NCBI RefSeq assembly: GCF_001457615.1
Contig: NZ_LN831024.1
Location: forward strand, 2,370,001 to 2,402,000
Length of the DNA: 32,000 bases
Direction: 5' to 3'
DNA from: Pseudomonas aeruginosa
Lineage (GTDB): Bacteria; Pseudomonadota; Gammaproteobacteria; Pseudomonadales; Pseudomonadaceae
Shown here: positions 16,994 to 27,851 of the stretch, one piece after another
Position numbering within the stretch: the stretch's first letter is position 1
Layout: every line of letters starts with the position of its first letter
Translations under genes and position numbers: made by a program
Notes under the pieces: generated by a model
The model's input: the letters and a program-made list of their open reading frames with translations, nothing else
Database searches by the model: none
Told to the model about the DNA's origin: nothing

Positions 16994-17281
16994 ATGGAAA
17001 AGTCCATCAAGATGCTGTTCGATGCCTTCCAGGCCACCTTTGCCGTATCCACCCAGATGCGTCCGGACGGCGGCGCCCTGCTGACCCTGCGCAACGGCGA
17101 AGAGATCGTGACCCGTCGCGTGGTGTCCGCCGCCCAGTTGGCCGACGAGAAGCGCATGTACTGGTTCATCAACGCCGTGCGCCGTGACCTGGCCCTGGAG
17201 GCGGGGAGCCTGCCGGTGGATGTGGTCGGCACCCTGCGTCGTCTGCAGGAGCGCGGCCTGCCGAGCTACATGGCGGGCTGA
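16994..17281 (+). CDS. DUF3509-like small protein
   Basis: MEKSIKMLFDAFQATFAVSTQMRPDGGALLTLRNGEEIVTRRVVSAAQLADEKRMYWFINAVRRDLALEAG. Confidence 0.8.
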   Translation: MEKSIKMLFDAFQATFAVSTQMRPDGGALLTLRNGEEIVTRRVVSAAQLADEKRMYWFINAVRRDLALEAGSLPVDVVGTLRRLQERGLPSYMAG

Positions 17282-17499
17282 ACGGTTCGTCCGGAATCCT
17301 GGCGGAGACCTCCGGCAGGGCGGGCGAGAGTGCTAGAGTGAAGCTTCGAGGGGGCTGGGCGAGGATCGACCGGCCCCCGCTCGTGTCGGAAGGGAAGGCC
17401 AGGGCTGGCCTGCCCGTTCGGCGCTTCGGCAGGCTGGCGCAGAACGATGCAAGGTCGTTCGGGTCAGCATCAGGGATGAAATGACTGACAGGAGTCGGG

Positions 17500-17589
17500 A
17501 TGCTGCGTTACGTCGTGGGTTTTCTCGCGTTCACCGTGCTGGCGGCCTATCTGTTGCTGGGGGTTTCCCAGCACGCCTTCCTGCCGTGA
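17500..17589 (+). CDS. possible 29-aa small membrane protein
   Basis: MLRYVVGFLAFTVLAAYLLLGVSQHAFLP with GGAG upstream. Confidence 0.5.
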   Translation: MLRYVVGFLAFTVLAAYLLLGVSQHAFLP

Positions 17590-17607
17590 CCGGTCGGCAT
17601 GGCGGCT

Positions 17608-17784
17608 TCAGCTGCGCTGCGGAAGAGGCTGTGGCGGCCGTGCGGGATGCCGGTTTTCGGCTTGCCGTGCCTTGCGTTGCAGGCGTGCGCGCCGACGCGG
17701 CACGCGCAGGAAGGCCCACAGGGTGACGCCGGCGAGGCCCAGCCAGGCGACGATCAGCAATGTGACGAAGGATTCGGGAGTCAT
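17608..17784 (-). CDS. possible 58-aa small membrane protein
   Basis: MTPESFVTLLIVAWLGLAGVTLWAFLRVPRRRARLQRKARQAENRH... with GAGGAGG upstream. Confidence 0.55.
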   Translation of the reverse strand: MTPESFVTLLIVAWLGLAGVTLWAFLRVPRRRARLQRKARQAENRHPARPPQPLPQRS

Positions 17785-17868
17785 GGTTCGTCCTCCTCTT
17801 ACCCAAGGATAGACCCTGCGGGAAGGGGAATTACTGCAATCGGTCTTCGACCATGGTCTGAAACGCGG

Positions 17869-18195
17869 TCATTCGGGGCCGGCACCGACCAGGGCCAGGC
17901 AGCCGGTCAGGCTGGTCAGCAGGGGCAGGGCGAGCAGGAAAGCCAGCCAGATGGCTTCCATGCGCAACAGCGTGGCGCCGAGGAACAGCGCGACCAGGAG
18001 GATGGTCATGAGCAGGGCGGTCCAGCCGAAGTACATGGCGAAGTTGTCGATGCCCAGGCCGATGCCCCAGCCCAGCAGCAGGGCCCATACCCCGGCCAGA
18101 GCCAGGCCGAGGGCCAGCATGCTCGCCAGGGTCCGGGCGGACGGGGCATGCAGCGGGTGGTTGCGGAATAGCTCGTAGAAGATCGGCGTATTCAT
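17869..18195 (-). CDS. small integral membrane protein
   Basis: MNTPIFYELFRNHPLHAPSARTLASMLALGLALAGVWALLLGWGIG...; three hydrophobic segments. Confidence 0.75.
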   Translation of the reverse strand: MNTPIFYELFRNHPLHAPSARTLASMLALGLALAGVWALLLGWGIGLGIDNFAMYFGWTALLMTILLVALFLGATLLRMEAIWLAFLLALPLLTSLTGCLALVGAGPE

Positions 18196-18386
18196 CGGCG
18201 TCACCTCCGCAGGGGAACTTCCAGCCTAGTCCAGCGGGCGAGACGGCCCTAGACCTATTTGTCATTACGGGGCGTGACCTCAGGCCGTTAACATCCATCT
18301 TTTCCAGGCGATGCCGTGCATCGGGCTGTGGGCCCGCTCACCGTTCGTCGCGCTGAGTCGAAAAAGAAACCGAAAGGGTTGCGTGC

Positions 18387-19250
18387 ATGAGTGGCGAACT
18401 CGCCTCGTTCGAGGTGGATGGGTATCAACTGGTCTATCAGGACCTGGGCGAGGGCACGCCGGTGCTACTGGTCCACGGTTCGCTGTGCGACTACCGCTAC
18501 TGGCAATGGCAGTTGCGCAGCCTCGGCGAGCGCCACCGGCTGATCGTGCCGAGCCTGCGTCACTACTACCCCGAGCGCTGGGACGGGCAGGGCGCGGACT
18601 TCACCAGCGCCCGCCACGTCGCCGACCTGCTGGCGCTGGTCGAGCGGCTCGGCGAGCCGGTACACCTGCTCGGCCATTCCCGTGGCGGCAACCTGGCGTT
18701 GCGCCTGGCGCTGGCCGCTCCGGACGCCCTGCGTTCGCTGAGCCTGGCCGATCCCGGCGGCGACTATGCCGCCGAGGTCTACGCCCACGCCGGCCTGCCT
18801 GCGCCCGAGGAACCATTGGAACGCAACCAGTTCCGGCGCCAGGCGCTCGAATTGATCCGTGGCGGCGAGGCGGAACGGGGACTGGAACTGTTCGTCGATA
18901 CGGTGAGCGGCGCCGGGGTATGGAAACGCTCGTCGGCGACGTTCCGCCGAATGACCCTGGACAACGCCATGACCCTGGTCGGGCAGGTGGCCGACCAGCC
19001 GCCGGCGCTGGCGCTGTCGGAACTGCGCTCGATCGACCTGCCGAGCCTGATCCTCAATGGCGAACGCAGCCCGCTGCCATTCCCGGCCACCGCCGAGGCG
19101 CTGGCGGCGGCCCTGCCGCGCGCCGAGCTGCAACGCATCCAGGGCGCGTCCCATGGCCTCAATGCCACCCGTCCGGCGGCTTTCAACCGGTCGGTACTGG
19201 AGTTCCTGGCGCGCGTCGATGGCGTTGCGCCGGACGTGGAAACGTCCTGA
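18387..19250 (+). CDS. alpha/beta hydrolase
   Basis: VLLVHGSLCDYRYW, LLGHSRGGNLALRLAL nucleophile elbow; C-terminal GASHGLNATRPAAFNR. Confidence 0.92.
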   Translation: MSGELASFEVDGYQLVYQDLGEGTPVLLVHGSLCDYRYWQWQLRSLGERHRLIVPSLRHYYPERWDGQGADFTSARHVADLLALVERLGEPVHLLGHSRGGNLALRLALAAPDALRSLSLADPGGDYAAEVYAHAGLPAPEEPLERNQFRRQALELIRGGEAERGLELFVDTVSGAGVWKRSSATFRRMTLDNAMTLVGQVADQPPALALSELRSIDLPSLILNGERSPLPFPATAEALAAALPRAELQRIQGASHGLNATRPAAFNRSVLEFLARVDGVAPDVETS

Positions 19251-19313
19251 AGCGAGGCCGGGCGAACTGACCGCTCGTCAGCTCGCCGCGGATGCTTTAC
19301 CATGGGCGCTTCG

Positions 19314-19337
19314 CGCCGGATCAGCTCCGGCGTTTTT
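19314..19337 (+). terminator. intrinsic terminator
   Basis: CGCCGGA-TCAGC-TCCGGCG followed by TTTTT. Confidence 0.8.
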
Positions 19338-19499
19338 CGTCAGTATCCATTCCCAGTGATCTCCGTCCGCGCGCTTCGGCGCAGGGGTGCCGCAAGGCGC
19401 CTGCCACTGTGAGGCAGGCCGGCCCGGCGGGCGACGCTTACTGGCACATCCCAACCCACGTGGCCTTTGGTAGGGGTCACCACTAGGAGAGGAGGCGCC

Positions 19500-21422
19500 A
19501 TGCCCATCATTACTCTTCCCGACGGCAGTCAACGTTCCTTCGATCACCCGGTCTCCGTGGCCGAGGTGGCCCAATCCATCGGCGCGGGCCTGGCCAAGGC
19601 GACCCTCGCCGGCAAGGTCGACGGCCGCCTGGTCGACGCCTGCGACACCATCGATCGCGACGCGACCCTGCAGATCATCACGCCCAAGGACGAGGAAGGA
19701 CTGGAGATCATCCGCCACTCCTGCGCCCACCTGGTCGGCCATGCGGTCAAGCAGCTCTATCCGACCGCGAAGATGGTCATCGGCCCGGTGATCGAGGAAG
19801 GCTTCTACTACGACATCTTCTTCGAGCGCCCCTTCACCCCCGAGGACATGGCGGCGATCCAGCAGCGCATGCGCGAGCTGATCGACAAGGACTACGACGT
19901 GATCAAGAAGATGACCCCGCGCGCCGAGGTCATCGAGCTGTTCAAGTCCCGTGGCGAAGACTACAAGCTGCGCCTGATCGACGACATGCCGGACGAGAAG
20001 GCCATGGGCCTGTACTTCCATGAGGAGTACGTGGACATGTGCCGCGGCCCGCACGTGCCGAACACTCGCTTCCTCAAGGCGTTCCAGCTGACCAAGATTT
20101 CCGGCGCCTACTGGCGCGGCGACTCGAAGAACGAGCAGTTGCAACGCATCTACGGCACCGCCTGGGCCGACAAGAAGCAACTGGCGGCCTACATCCAGCG
20201 CATCGAAGAGGCCGAGAAGCGCGACCATCGCCGCATCGGCAAGCAGCTCGACCTGTTCCACCTGCAGGAAGAAGCGCCGGGCATGGTGTTCTGGCACCCG
20301 AATGGCTGGAGCGTCTACCAGGTGCTCGAGCAGTACATGCGCAAGGTCCAGCGCGACCATGGCTATGTCGAAGTGCGTACCCCGCAGGTGGTCGACCGCA
20401 TCCTCTGGGAGCGTTCGGGCCACTGGTCGAACTACGCCGAGAACATGTTCACCACCTCCTCGGAAAGCCGCGACTACGCGGTCAAGCCGATGAACTGCCC
20501 GTGCCACGTGCAGATCTTCAACCAGGGCCTGAAGTCCTATCGCGACCTGCCGCTGCGCCTCGCCGAGTTCGGCGCCTGCCACCGCAACGAGCCGTCCGGC
20601 GCGCTGCACGGGATCATGCGCGTACGCGGCTTCACCCAGGACGACGCGCATATCTTCTGCACCGAAGAGCAGGTGAAGAAGGAAGCGGCCGATTTCATCA
20701 AGCTGACCTTGCAGGTCTACCGCGACTTCGGTTTCACCGACATCGCCATGAAGCTGTCGACCCGTCCGGCCAAGCGCGTCGGTTCCGACGAGCTGTGGGA
20801 TCGCGCCGAAGGCGCGCTGGCCGATGCGCTGAACGAATCCGGCCTGGCCTGGGAATACCAGCCGGGCGAGGGCGCGTTCTACGGGCCGAAGATCGAGTTC
20901 ACCCTGAAGGACTGCCTCGGCCGTAACTGGCAGTGCGGCACCCTGCAGTACGACCCGAACCTGCCGGAGCGCCTGGACGCCAGCTACATCGCCGAGGACA
21001 ACAACCGCAAGCGCCCGGTGATGCTGCACCGTGCGATCCTCGGGTCCTTCGAGCGCTTCATCGGCATGCTCATCGAGCACTACGCCGGAGCCTTCCCGGC
21101 CTGGCTGGCGCCGACCCAGGCAGTGGTGATGAACATCACCGACAAGCAGGCCGATTTCGCCGCCGAGGTGGTGCGGATCCTCGGGGAAAGCGGATTCCGT
21201 GCCAAGTCCGACTTGAGAAACGAGAAGATCGGCTTTAAAATCCGCGAGCATACTTTGCTCAAGGTTCCCTATCTCTTGGTTATTGGAGATCGGGAAGTTG
21301 AATCGAAGGCCGTCGCGGTGCGTACGCGCGAAGGGGAAGACCTGGGCTCCATGCCCGTCACCCAGTTCGCTGAGCTGTTGGCACAGGCGGTTTCCCGGCG
21401 TGGTCGCCAAGACTCGGAGTAA
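19500..21422 (+). CDS. thrS: threonyl-tRNA synthetase
   Basis: [28 protein letters not shown]; class II motifs; [16 protein letters not shown]; [15 protein letters not shown] editing motif; 640 aa. Confidence 0.98.
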
Positions 21423-21973
21423 TCATTATTAAGCGTGAAATGAGACAGGATAAGCGAGCTCAACCGAAACCCCCGATCAACGAGAACATCTCGGCTCGTG
21501 AGGTACGGTTGATTGGAGCTGATGGCCAGCAGGTTGGTGTTGTTTCGATCGATGAGGCGATCCGCCTAGCCGAAGAGGCGAAGCTGGACCTGGTTGAGAT
21601 TTCGGCCGACGCGGTGCCTCCTGTCTGCCGCATCATGGACTACGGCAAGCACCTGTTCGAGAAGAAGAAGCAGGCTGCGGTCGCCAAGAAGAACCAGAAG
21701 CAGGCGCAGGTCAAAGAAATCAAGTTTCGTCCAGGGACGGAAGAAGGGGATTACCAGGTAAAACTACGCAACCTGGTACGTTTCCTTAGTGAAGGGGACA
21801 AGGCCAAGGTATCCCTGCGATTCCGCGGCCGTGAGATGGCTCACCAGGAGCTGGGGATGGAGCTGTTGAAGCGGGTCGAAGCCGACCTCGTGGAGTACGG
21901 CACCGTCGAGCAGCATCCTAAGCTGGAAGGACGCCAGCTGATGATGGTCATCGCTCCCAAGAAGAAAAAGTAA
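21422..21973 (+). CDS. infC: translation initiation factor IF-3
   Basis: [46 protein letters not shown]; the ORF track begins at ATG 21440, but a non-canonical start at 21422/21425/21428 is more likely (see finding). Confidence 0.93.
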   Translation: MIIKREMRQDKRAQPKPPINENISAREVRLIGADGQQVGVVSIDEAIRLAEEAKLDLVEISADAVPPVCRIMDYGKHLFEKKKQAAVAKKNQKQAQVKEIKFRPGTEEGDYQVKLRNLVRFLSEGDKAKVSLRFRGREMAHQELGMELLKRVEADLVEYGTVEQHPKLEGRQLMMVIAPKKKK

Positions 21974-22034
21974 CCACCAGGGCACTGGCAGGCCTTGCGG
22001 TTATGCGTAATCACTCAATGCGGAGTATCCGAAC

Positions 22035-22229
22035 ATGCCAAAGATGAAGACCAAAAGTGGCGCGGCCAAGCGCTTCAAGAAGACTGCTGGTGGCCTCAAG
22101 CACAAGCACGCCTTCAAGAGCCACATCCTGACCAAGATGACCACCAAGCGTAAGCGTCAACTGCGCGGCACCTCGATGCTGAACAAGTCTGACGTTGCGC
22201 GCGTAGAACGCTCCCTGCGTCTGCGCTGA
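22035..22229 (+). CDS. rpmI: 50S ribosomal protein L35
   Basis: [45 protein letters not shown]. Confidence 0.98.
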
Positions 22230-22252
22230 TTATTAAGGTAGAGGATTAATTC

Positions 22253-22609
22253 ATGGCTCGTGTTAAGCGTGGCGTTATCGCCCGTCGTCGTCACAAGAAA
22301 ATTCTGAAGCTCGCCAAGGGCTACTACGGTGCACGCTCGCGCGTGTTCCGCGTTGCCAAGCAGGCGGTGATCAAGGCTGGCCAATACGCCTACCGTGACC
22401 GTCGTCAGCGCAAGCGTCAGTTCCGCGCACTGTGGATCGCCCGTATCAACGCTGGTGCTCGTCAGAACGGTCTGTCCTACAGCCGCCTGATCGCCGGCCT
22501 GAAAAAGGCGGCCATCGAGATCGACCGTAAGGTCCTGGCCGATCTGGCAGTGAACGAAAAAGCGGCGTTTACCGCGATTGTCGAGAAAGCGAAGGCAAGC
22601 TTGGCTTAA
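22253..22609 (+). CDS. rplT: 50S ribosomal protein L20
   Basis: [58 protein letters not shown]. Confidence 0.98.
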
Positions 22610-22654
22610 GCCCTACGACAATCACCGGACTTCGGTCCGGACGTAACGTCACCG

Positions 22655-23723
<1,069 letters not shown>

Positions 23724-23757
23724 GCCAGAACGCAACCGGATTCCTTAGGAGAACAGG

Positions 23758-26136
23758 ATGAAATTCAGTGAAAAGTGGCTGCGGAGCTGGGCAAATCCGC
23801 AGGTTTCCCATGACGAGCTGGTCGCTCGCCTGTCCATGGTCGGCCTCGAGGTCGACGCCGACCTGCCGGTCGCCGGCGCCTTCAGCGGCGTGGTGGTCGG
23901 TGAGGTGCTCTCGACCGAACAGCATCCGGACGCCGACAAGCTGCGCGTCTGCCAGGTCAGCAACGGCAGCGAGACCTTCCAGGTCGTCTGCGGTGCGCCC
24001 AACGTGCGCGCGGGCCTGAAGATTCCCTTCGCCATGATCGGCGCCGAACTGCCGGGCGACTTCAAGATCAAGAAAGCCAAGCTGCGCGGCGTCGAGTCCT
24101 TCGGCATGCTCTGCTCGGCCAAGGAATTGCAGATCAGCGAAGAGAACGCCGGTCTGCTCGAGCTGCCGGCCGACGCGCCGGTCGGCCAGGACGTCCGCAC
24201 CTACCTGGAGCTGGACGACTACACCATCGAGGTCGGCCTGACCCCGAACCGCGGTGACTGCCTGTCGCTCGCCGGCCTGGCCCGCGAAGTCAGCGCCATC
24301 TACGACGTACCGCTGGCGCCGGTGGCGGTGGACGCGGTCGCCGCGCAGCACGACGAGACCCGTCCGGTCGAACTCGCCGCGCCGGCTGCCTGCCCGCGCT
24401 ACCTCGGCCGGGTGATCCGCAACGTCGACCTGAGCCGGCCGACCCCGTTGTGGATGGTCGAGCGCCTGCGCCGTTCCGACATCCGCAGCATCGACCCGGT
24501 GGTCGACGTCACCAACTACGTGATGATCGAACTGGGCCAGCCGATGCATGCCTTCGACCTTGCCGAGATCAACGGCGGCGTGCGCGTGCGCATGGCCGAG
24601 GACGGCGAGAAGCTGGTCCTGCTCGACGGCCAGGAAATCACCCTGCGCACCGACACCCTGGTGATCGCCGACCACCAGCGCGCCCTGGCCATCGCCGGGG
24701 TGATGGGCGGCGAGCACAGCGGTGTCAGCGACAGCACCCGCGACCTGTTCCTCGAAGCCGCGTTCTTCGACACCATCGCCCTGGCCGGCAAGGCCCGCTC
24801 CTATGGCCTGCACACCGACTCCTCGCACCGCTTCGAGCGCGGCGTCGACAGCCAGTTGGCGCGCAAGGCCATGGAGCGCGCGACGCGCCTGATCCTCGAC
24901 ATCGTCGGCGGCGAGCCGGGGCCGATCGTCGAGCAGGTCAGCGAAGCGCACCTGCCGAAGGTCGCGCCGATCACCCTGCGCGCCGAGCGTGTGACCCAGA
25001 TGCTCGGCATGCCGCTGGACGCCGCCGAGATCGTGCGCCTGCTGCAAGCCCTGGAGCTGACGGTGGTAGCCGACGGGGAAGGGCAGTGGTCAGTCGGCGT
25101 ACCGAGCCATCGCTTCGACATTTCCCTGGAAGTCGACCTGATCGAGGAACTGGCCCGTCTCTACGGCTACAACCGCCTGCCGGTGCGCTACCCGCAGGCG
25201 CGCCTGGCGCCGAACAACAAGCCGGAAGCGCGCGCCGCGCTGCCGCTGCTGCGGCGCCTGCTGGTCGCCCGCGGCTACCAGGAAGCGATCACCTTCAGCT
25301 TCATCGATCCGGCCCTGTTCGAACTGTTCGATCCGGGCACCCAGCCGCTGACCCTGGCCAACCCGATCTCCGCCGACATGGCGGCGATGCGTTCCAGCCT
25401 CTGGCCGGGCCTGGTCAAGGCGCTGCAGCACAACCTCAACCGCCAGCAGTCGCGGGTCCGCCTGTTCGAAAGCGGCCTGCGCTTCGTCGGTCAACTGGAA
25501 GGCCTGAAGCAGGAAGCCATGCTCGCCGGCGCCATCTGCGGCAAGCGCCTGCCGGAAGGCTGGGCCAATGGCCGTGACGGCGTGGACTTCTTCGACGCCA
25601 AAGCCGATGTCGAGGCAGTGCTGGCCAGTGCCGGCGCCCTCGGCGACTTCAGCTTCGTGCCCGGCGAGCACCCGGCGCTGCACCCGGGGCAGACCGCACG
25701 CATCGAGCGGGAAGGGCGGCTGGTCGGCTACCTGGGTGCGCTGCATCCGGAACTGGCGAAGAAACTCGACCTCGAGCAGCCGGTGTTCCTCTTCGAGCTG
25801 CTGTTGGCCGAAGTGGTCGACGGTCACCTGCCGAAGTTCCGCGAGCTGTCACGCTTCCCCGAAGTGCGCCGCGACCTGGCGCTGTTGGTGGACCAGGACG
25901 TGCCGGCACAAGACATCCTGACACAAATCCGTGCGGCGGCCGGCGAATGGCTGACGGACCTCAGGCTGTTTGATGTGTATCACGGTAAAGGCATTGATCC
26001 GCATAGAAAAAGCCTTGCCGTCGGCTTGACCTGGCAGCATCCATCGCGCACTCTTAATGACGATGAAGTCAATAGCACGACGCAGAACATCGTCACGTCG
26101 TTGGAAGAAAGGTTCAATGCCACGTTAAGGAAATAG
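23758..26136 (+). CDS. pheT: phenylalanyl-tRNA synthetase beta subunit
   Basis: 792 aa; MKFSEKWLRSWANPQVSHDELVARLSMVGLEVD; C-terminal FDX-ACB domain end. Confidence 0.98.
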   Translation: MKFSEKWLRSWANPQVSHDELVARLSMVGLEVDADLPVAGAFSGVVVGEVLSTEQHPDADKLRVCQVSNGSETFQVVCGAPNVRAGLKIPFAMIGAELPGDFKIKKAKLRGVESFGMLCSAKELQISEENAGLLELPADAPVGQDVRTYLELDDYTIEVGLTPNRGDCLSLAGLAREVSAIYDVPLAPVAVDAVAAQHDETRPVELAAPAACPRYLGRVIRNVDLSRPTPLWMVERLRRSDIRSIDPVVDVTNYVMIELGQPMHAFDLAEINGGVRVRMAEDGEKLVLLDGQEITLRTDTLVIADHQRALAIAGVMGGEHSGVSDSTRDLFLEAAFFDTIALAGKARSYGLHTDSSHRFERGVDSQLARKAMERATRLILDIVGGEPGPIVEQVSEAHLPKVAPITLRAERVTQMLGMPLDAAEIVRLLQALELTVVADGEGQWSVGVPSHRFDISLEVDLIEELARLYGYNRLPVRYPQARLAPNNKPEARAALPLLRRLLVARGYQEAITFSFIDPALFELFDPGTQPLTLANPISADMAAMRSSLWPGLVKALQHNLNRQQSRVRLFESGLRFVGQLEGLKQEAMLAGAICGKRLPEGWANGRDGVDFFDAKADVEAVLASAGALGDFSFVPGEHPALHPGQTARIEREGRLVGYLGALHPELAKKLDLEQPVFLFELLLAEVVDGHLPKFRELSRFPEVRRDLALLVDQDVPAQDILTQIRAAAGEWLTDLRLFDVYHGKGIDPHRKSLAVGLTWQHPSRTLNDDEVNSTTQNIVTSLEERFNATLRK

Positions 26137-26139
26137 CGT

Positions 26140-26442
26140 ATGGGGGCTCTGACGAAAGCTGAAATTGCGGAACGTCTGTACGAAGAGCTGGGCCTGAACA
26201 AACGGGAAGCCAAGGAGTTGGTGGAGCTGTTCTTCGAAGAGATCCGCCAGGCGCTGGAGCACAACGAGCAGGTCAAGTTGTCCGGTTTCGGCAACTTCGA
26301 CCTGCGCGACAAGCGCCAGCGCCCCGGACGCAACCCGAAGACCGGCGAAGAAATCCCGATCACGGCCCGCCGCGTTGTCACCTTTCGTCCAGGGCAGAAA
26401 CTGAAGGCCAGGGTTGAGGCATATGCTGGAACCAAGTCATAA
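26140..26442 (+). CDS. ihfA: integration host factor alpha subunit
   Basis: [89 protein letters not shown]. Confidence 0.98.
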   Translation: MGALTKAEIAERLYEELGLNKREAKELVELFFEEIRQALEHNEQVKLSGFGNFDLRDKRQRPGRNPKTGEEIPITARRVVTFRPGQKLKARVEAYAGTKS

Positions 26443-26779
26443 CGACGAGCTGCCACCGATTCCCGGCAAGCGCTACTTCACCATCGGCGAAGTCAGCGAC
26501 TTGTGCGCGGTCAAGCCCCACGTGCTGCGCTACTGGGAGCAGGAGTTCCCGCAGCTCAACCCGGTGAAGCGCCGCGGAAACCGCCGCTATTATCAGCGCC
26601 AGGACGTGCTGATGATCCGCCAGATCCGCGCGCTCCTCTACGACCAGGGCTTCACCATCGGCGGGGCGCGCCAGCGCCTCTCCGGCGACGAGGCCAAGGA
26701 CGACGTCACCCAGTACAAACAGCTCATCCGCCAGATGATCGCCGAGCTGGAGGAAGTCCTGCTGGTCCTGAAGAAGTGA
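26423..26779 (+). CDS. MerR-family regulator (overlaps the ihfA 3' end)
   Basis: [86 protein letters not shown]. Confidence 0.95.
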   Translation: MLEPSHNDELPPIPGKRYFTIGEVSDLCAVKPHVLRYWEQEFPQLNPVKRRGNRRYYQRQDVLMIRQIRALLYDQGFTIGGARQRLSGDEAKDDVTQYKQLIRQMIAELEEVLLVLKK

Positions 26780-26868
26780 CGGAAGCAAAAAAAAACTTCC
26801 ACTTATCAGAAGCTTAGTATATAGTGCGGCTCACTTCGGAAGCACAGTCACTGAGCTTGGAAGTACAG

Positions 26869-26946
<78 letters not shown>

Positions 26947-26955
26947 AAAAACCCT

Positions 26956-26991
26956 AAAAAATCCAGTCACTTAACGGTGACTGGATTTTTT
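26956..26991 (+). terminator. intrinsic terminator after tRNA-Pro
   Basis: AAAAAATCCAGTCAC-TTAACG-GTGACTGGATTTTTT, perfect 15-bp stem. Confidence 0.93.
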
Positions 26992-27129
26992 ATGCAGGGC
27001 GTTTTCCGTTGCTAATTCGAATTTGCCTATTTTGGTTGCCAATTGAGACTGCCTTCATGCCACATCATTCGAGCGTGTTGCTGAGGGAGTGTGGGTGGCG
27101 GATTTCAAGGTGGTTGTTGCGTGAGTGTG

Positions 27130-27459
27130 TCACGCTGCGTTTGATGTTTGCTTTAGTACCATATCCAACTCCGGGTTCAGGTACGTGATTGGTGCCAGCG
27201 GCCAATTCCTGATGTTGCCGCTCCAGCGCTCCGGCTGTCGTGCGTGCGCCACCTCATACAGATCGATACGTCTTTTCAGCAGTTTTTCCGCCTGGCCGGC
27301 ATGTCGCTGCGCCGGGGTCACGAACTTCAGTGCTCTGTGGCGGTGCTGGTGGTTGTACCAGTCCACGAAACGGTTTGCCCAGATCTTGGCTTGCTCGAGC
27401 ATATCGAAGGGCCGCTCCGGCCACAGTGGGCAGTACATGACCGTGCGGAATAGGCTTTG
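27130..27459 (-). mobile_element. IS3-family transposase (OrfB) C-terminal remnant
   Basis: SLFRTVMYCPLWPERPFDMLEQAKIWANRFVDWYNHQHRHRALKFVTPAQRH...PERWSGNIRNWPLAPITYLNPE; the rest of the transposase is absent and an in-frame stop sits just upstream. Confidence 0.88.
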
Positions 27460-27485
27460 TCATTGCTTGCCCGGGGGCGGCTGAA

Positions 27486-27689
27486 CTAGGGCATCACGCC
27501 CGGGTTCTGTATGGCATGCCAGCATGGTCGAGCCCTTCCCTGATCGACATACCCCGCTCGAAGCCATTTGCGCAGAATCGCTTTATCCATGGGCGTGTTG
27601 GCGAGCAGCCAGTCGCGGCTGATGTTTTCGAAACAGCCACGAATATCCCCCTCGAGGACCCAATGCGCTGACGCGCTTTGCCTGCGCAT
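27486..27689 (-). pseudogene. group II intron reverse transcriptase/maturase fragment
   Basis: QSASAHWVLEGDIRGCFENISRDWLLANTPMDKAILRKWLRAGYVDQG matches the LtrA-like RT core (xLEGDIKGCFDNI...MDKxxLRKWLKAG); no YADD box or maturase domain. Confidence 0.85.
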
Positions 27690-27851
27690 GATCGTGATTG
27701 CATGGAGCTTCGTTTCTGAAGTGATCTACAGGCTAAGGCAGGACTCCCTGCGCAGCCCTATCGGTTATGCCTCATGAGAGGCATTTACCCCCGCGCTCAG
27801 AGCTGAGACTATCGATGGCAATATCAACATAGGTTGCAAAAGATTCGATAG

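Noticed and set aside
19278-21410. 710-aa antisense ORF opposite thrS
   Set aside because: The thrS sense product is unmistakable; long antisense frames are common in high-GC Pseudomonas DNA and this one shows low-complexity, noncoding-like composition.
27125-27484. 119-aa plus-strand ORF in the island edge
   Set aside because: Antisense to the IS3 transposase remnant, which has recognisable protein sequence.
27125-27484. Active insertion sequence
   Set aside because: Only the C-terminal third of OrfB is present and I see no OrfA or paired terminal repeats.
27486-27689. Reverse transcriptase piece as a retron, DGR or defence-associated RT working with the McrBC-like genes
   Set aside because: Only an RT core fragment with LtrA-type sequence remains, without the YADD box or maturase domain, in opposite orientation to the McrB-like gene; it reads as a group II intron relic.
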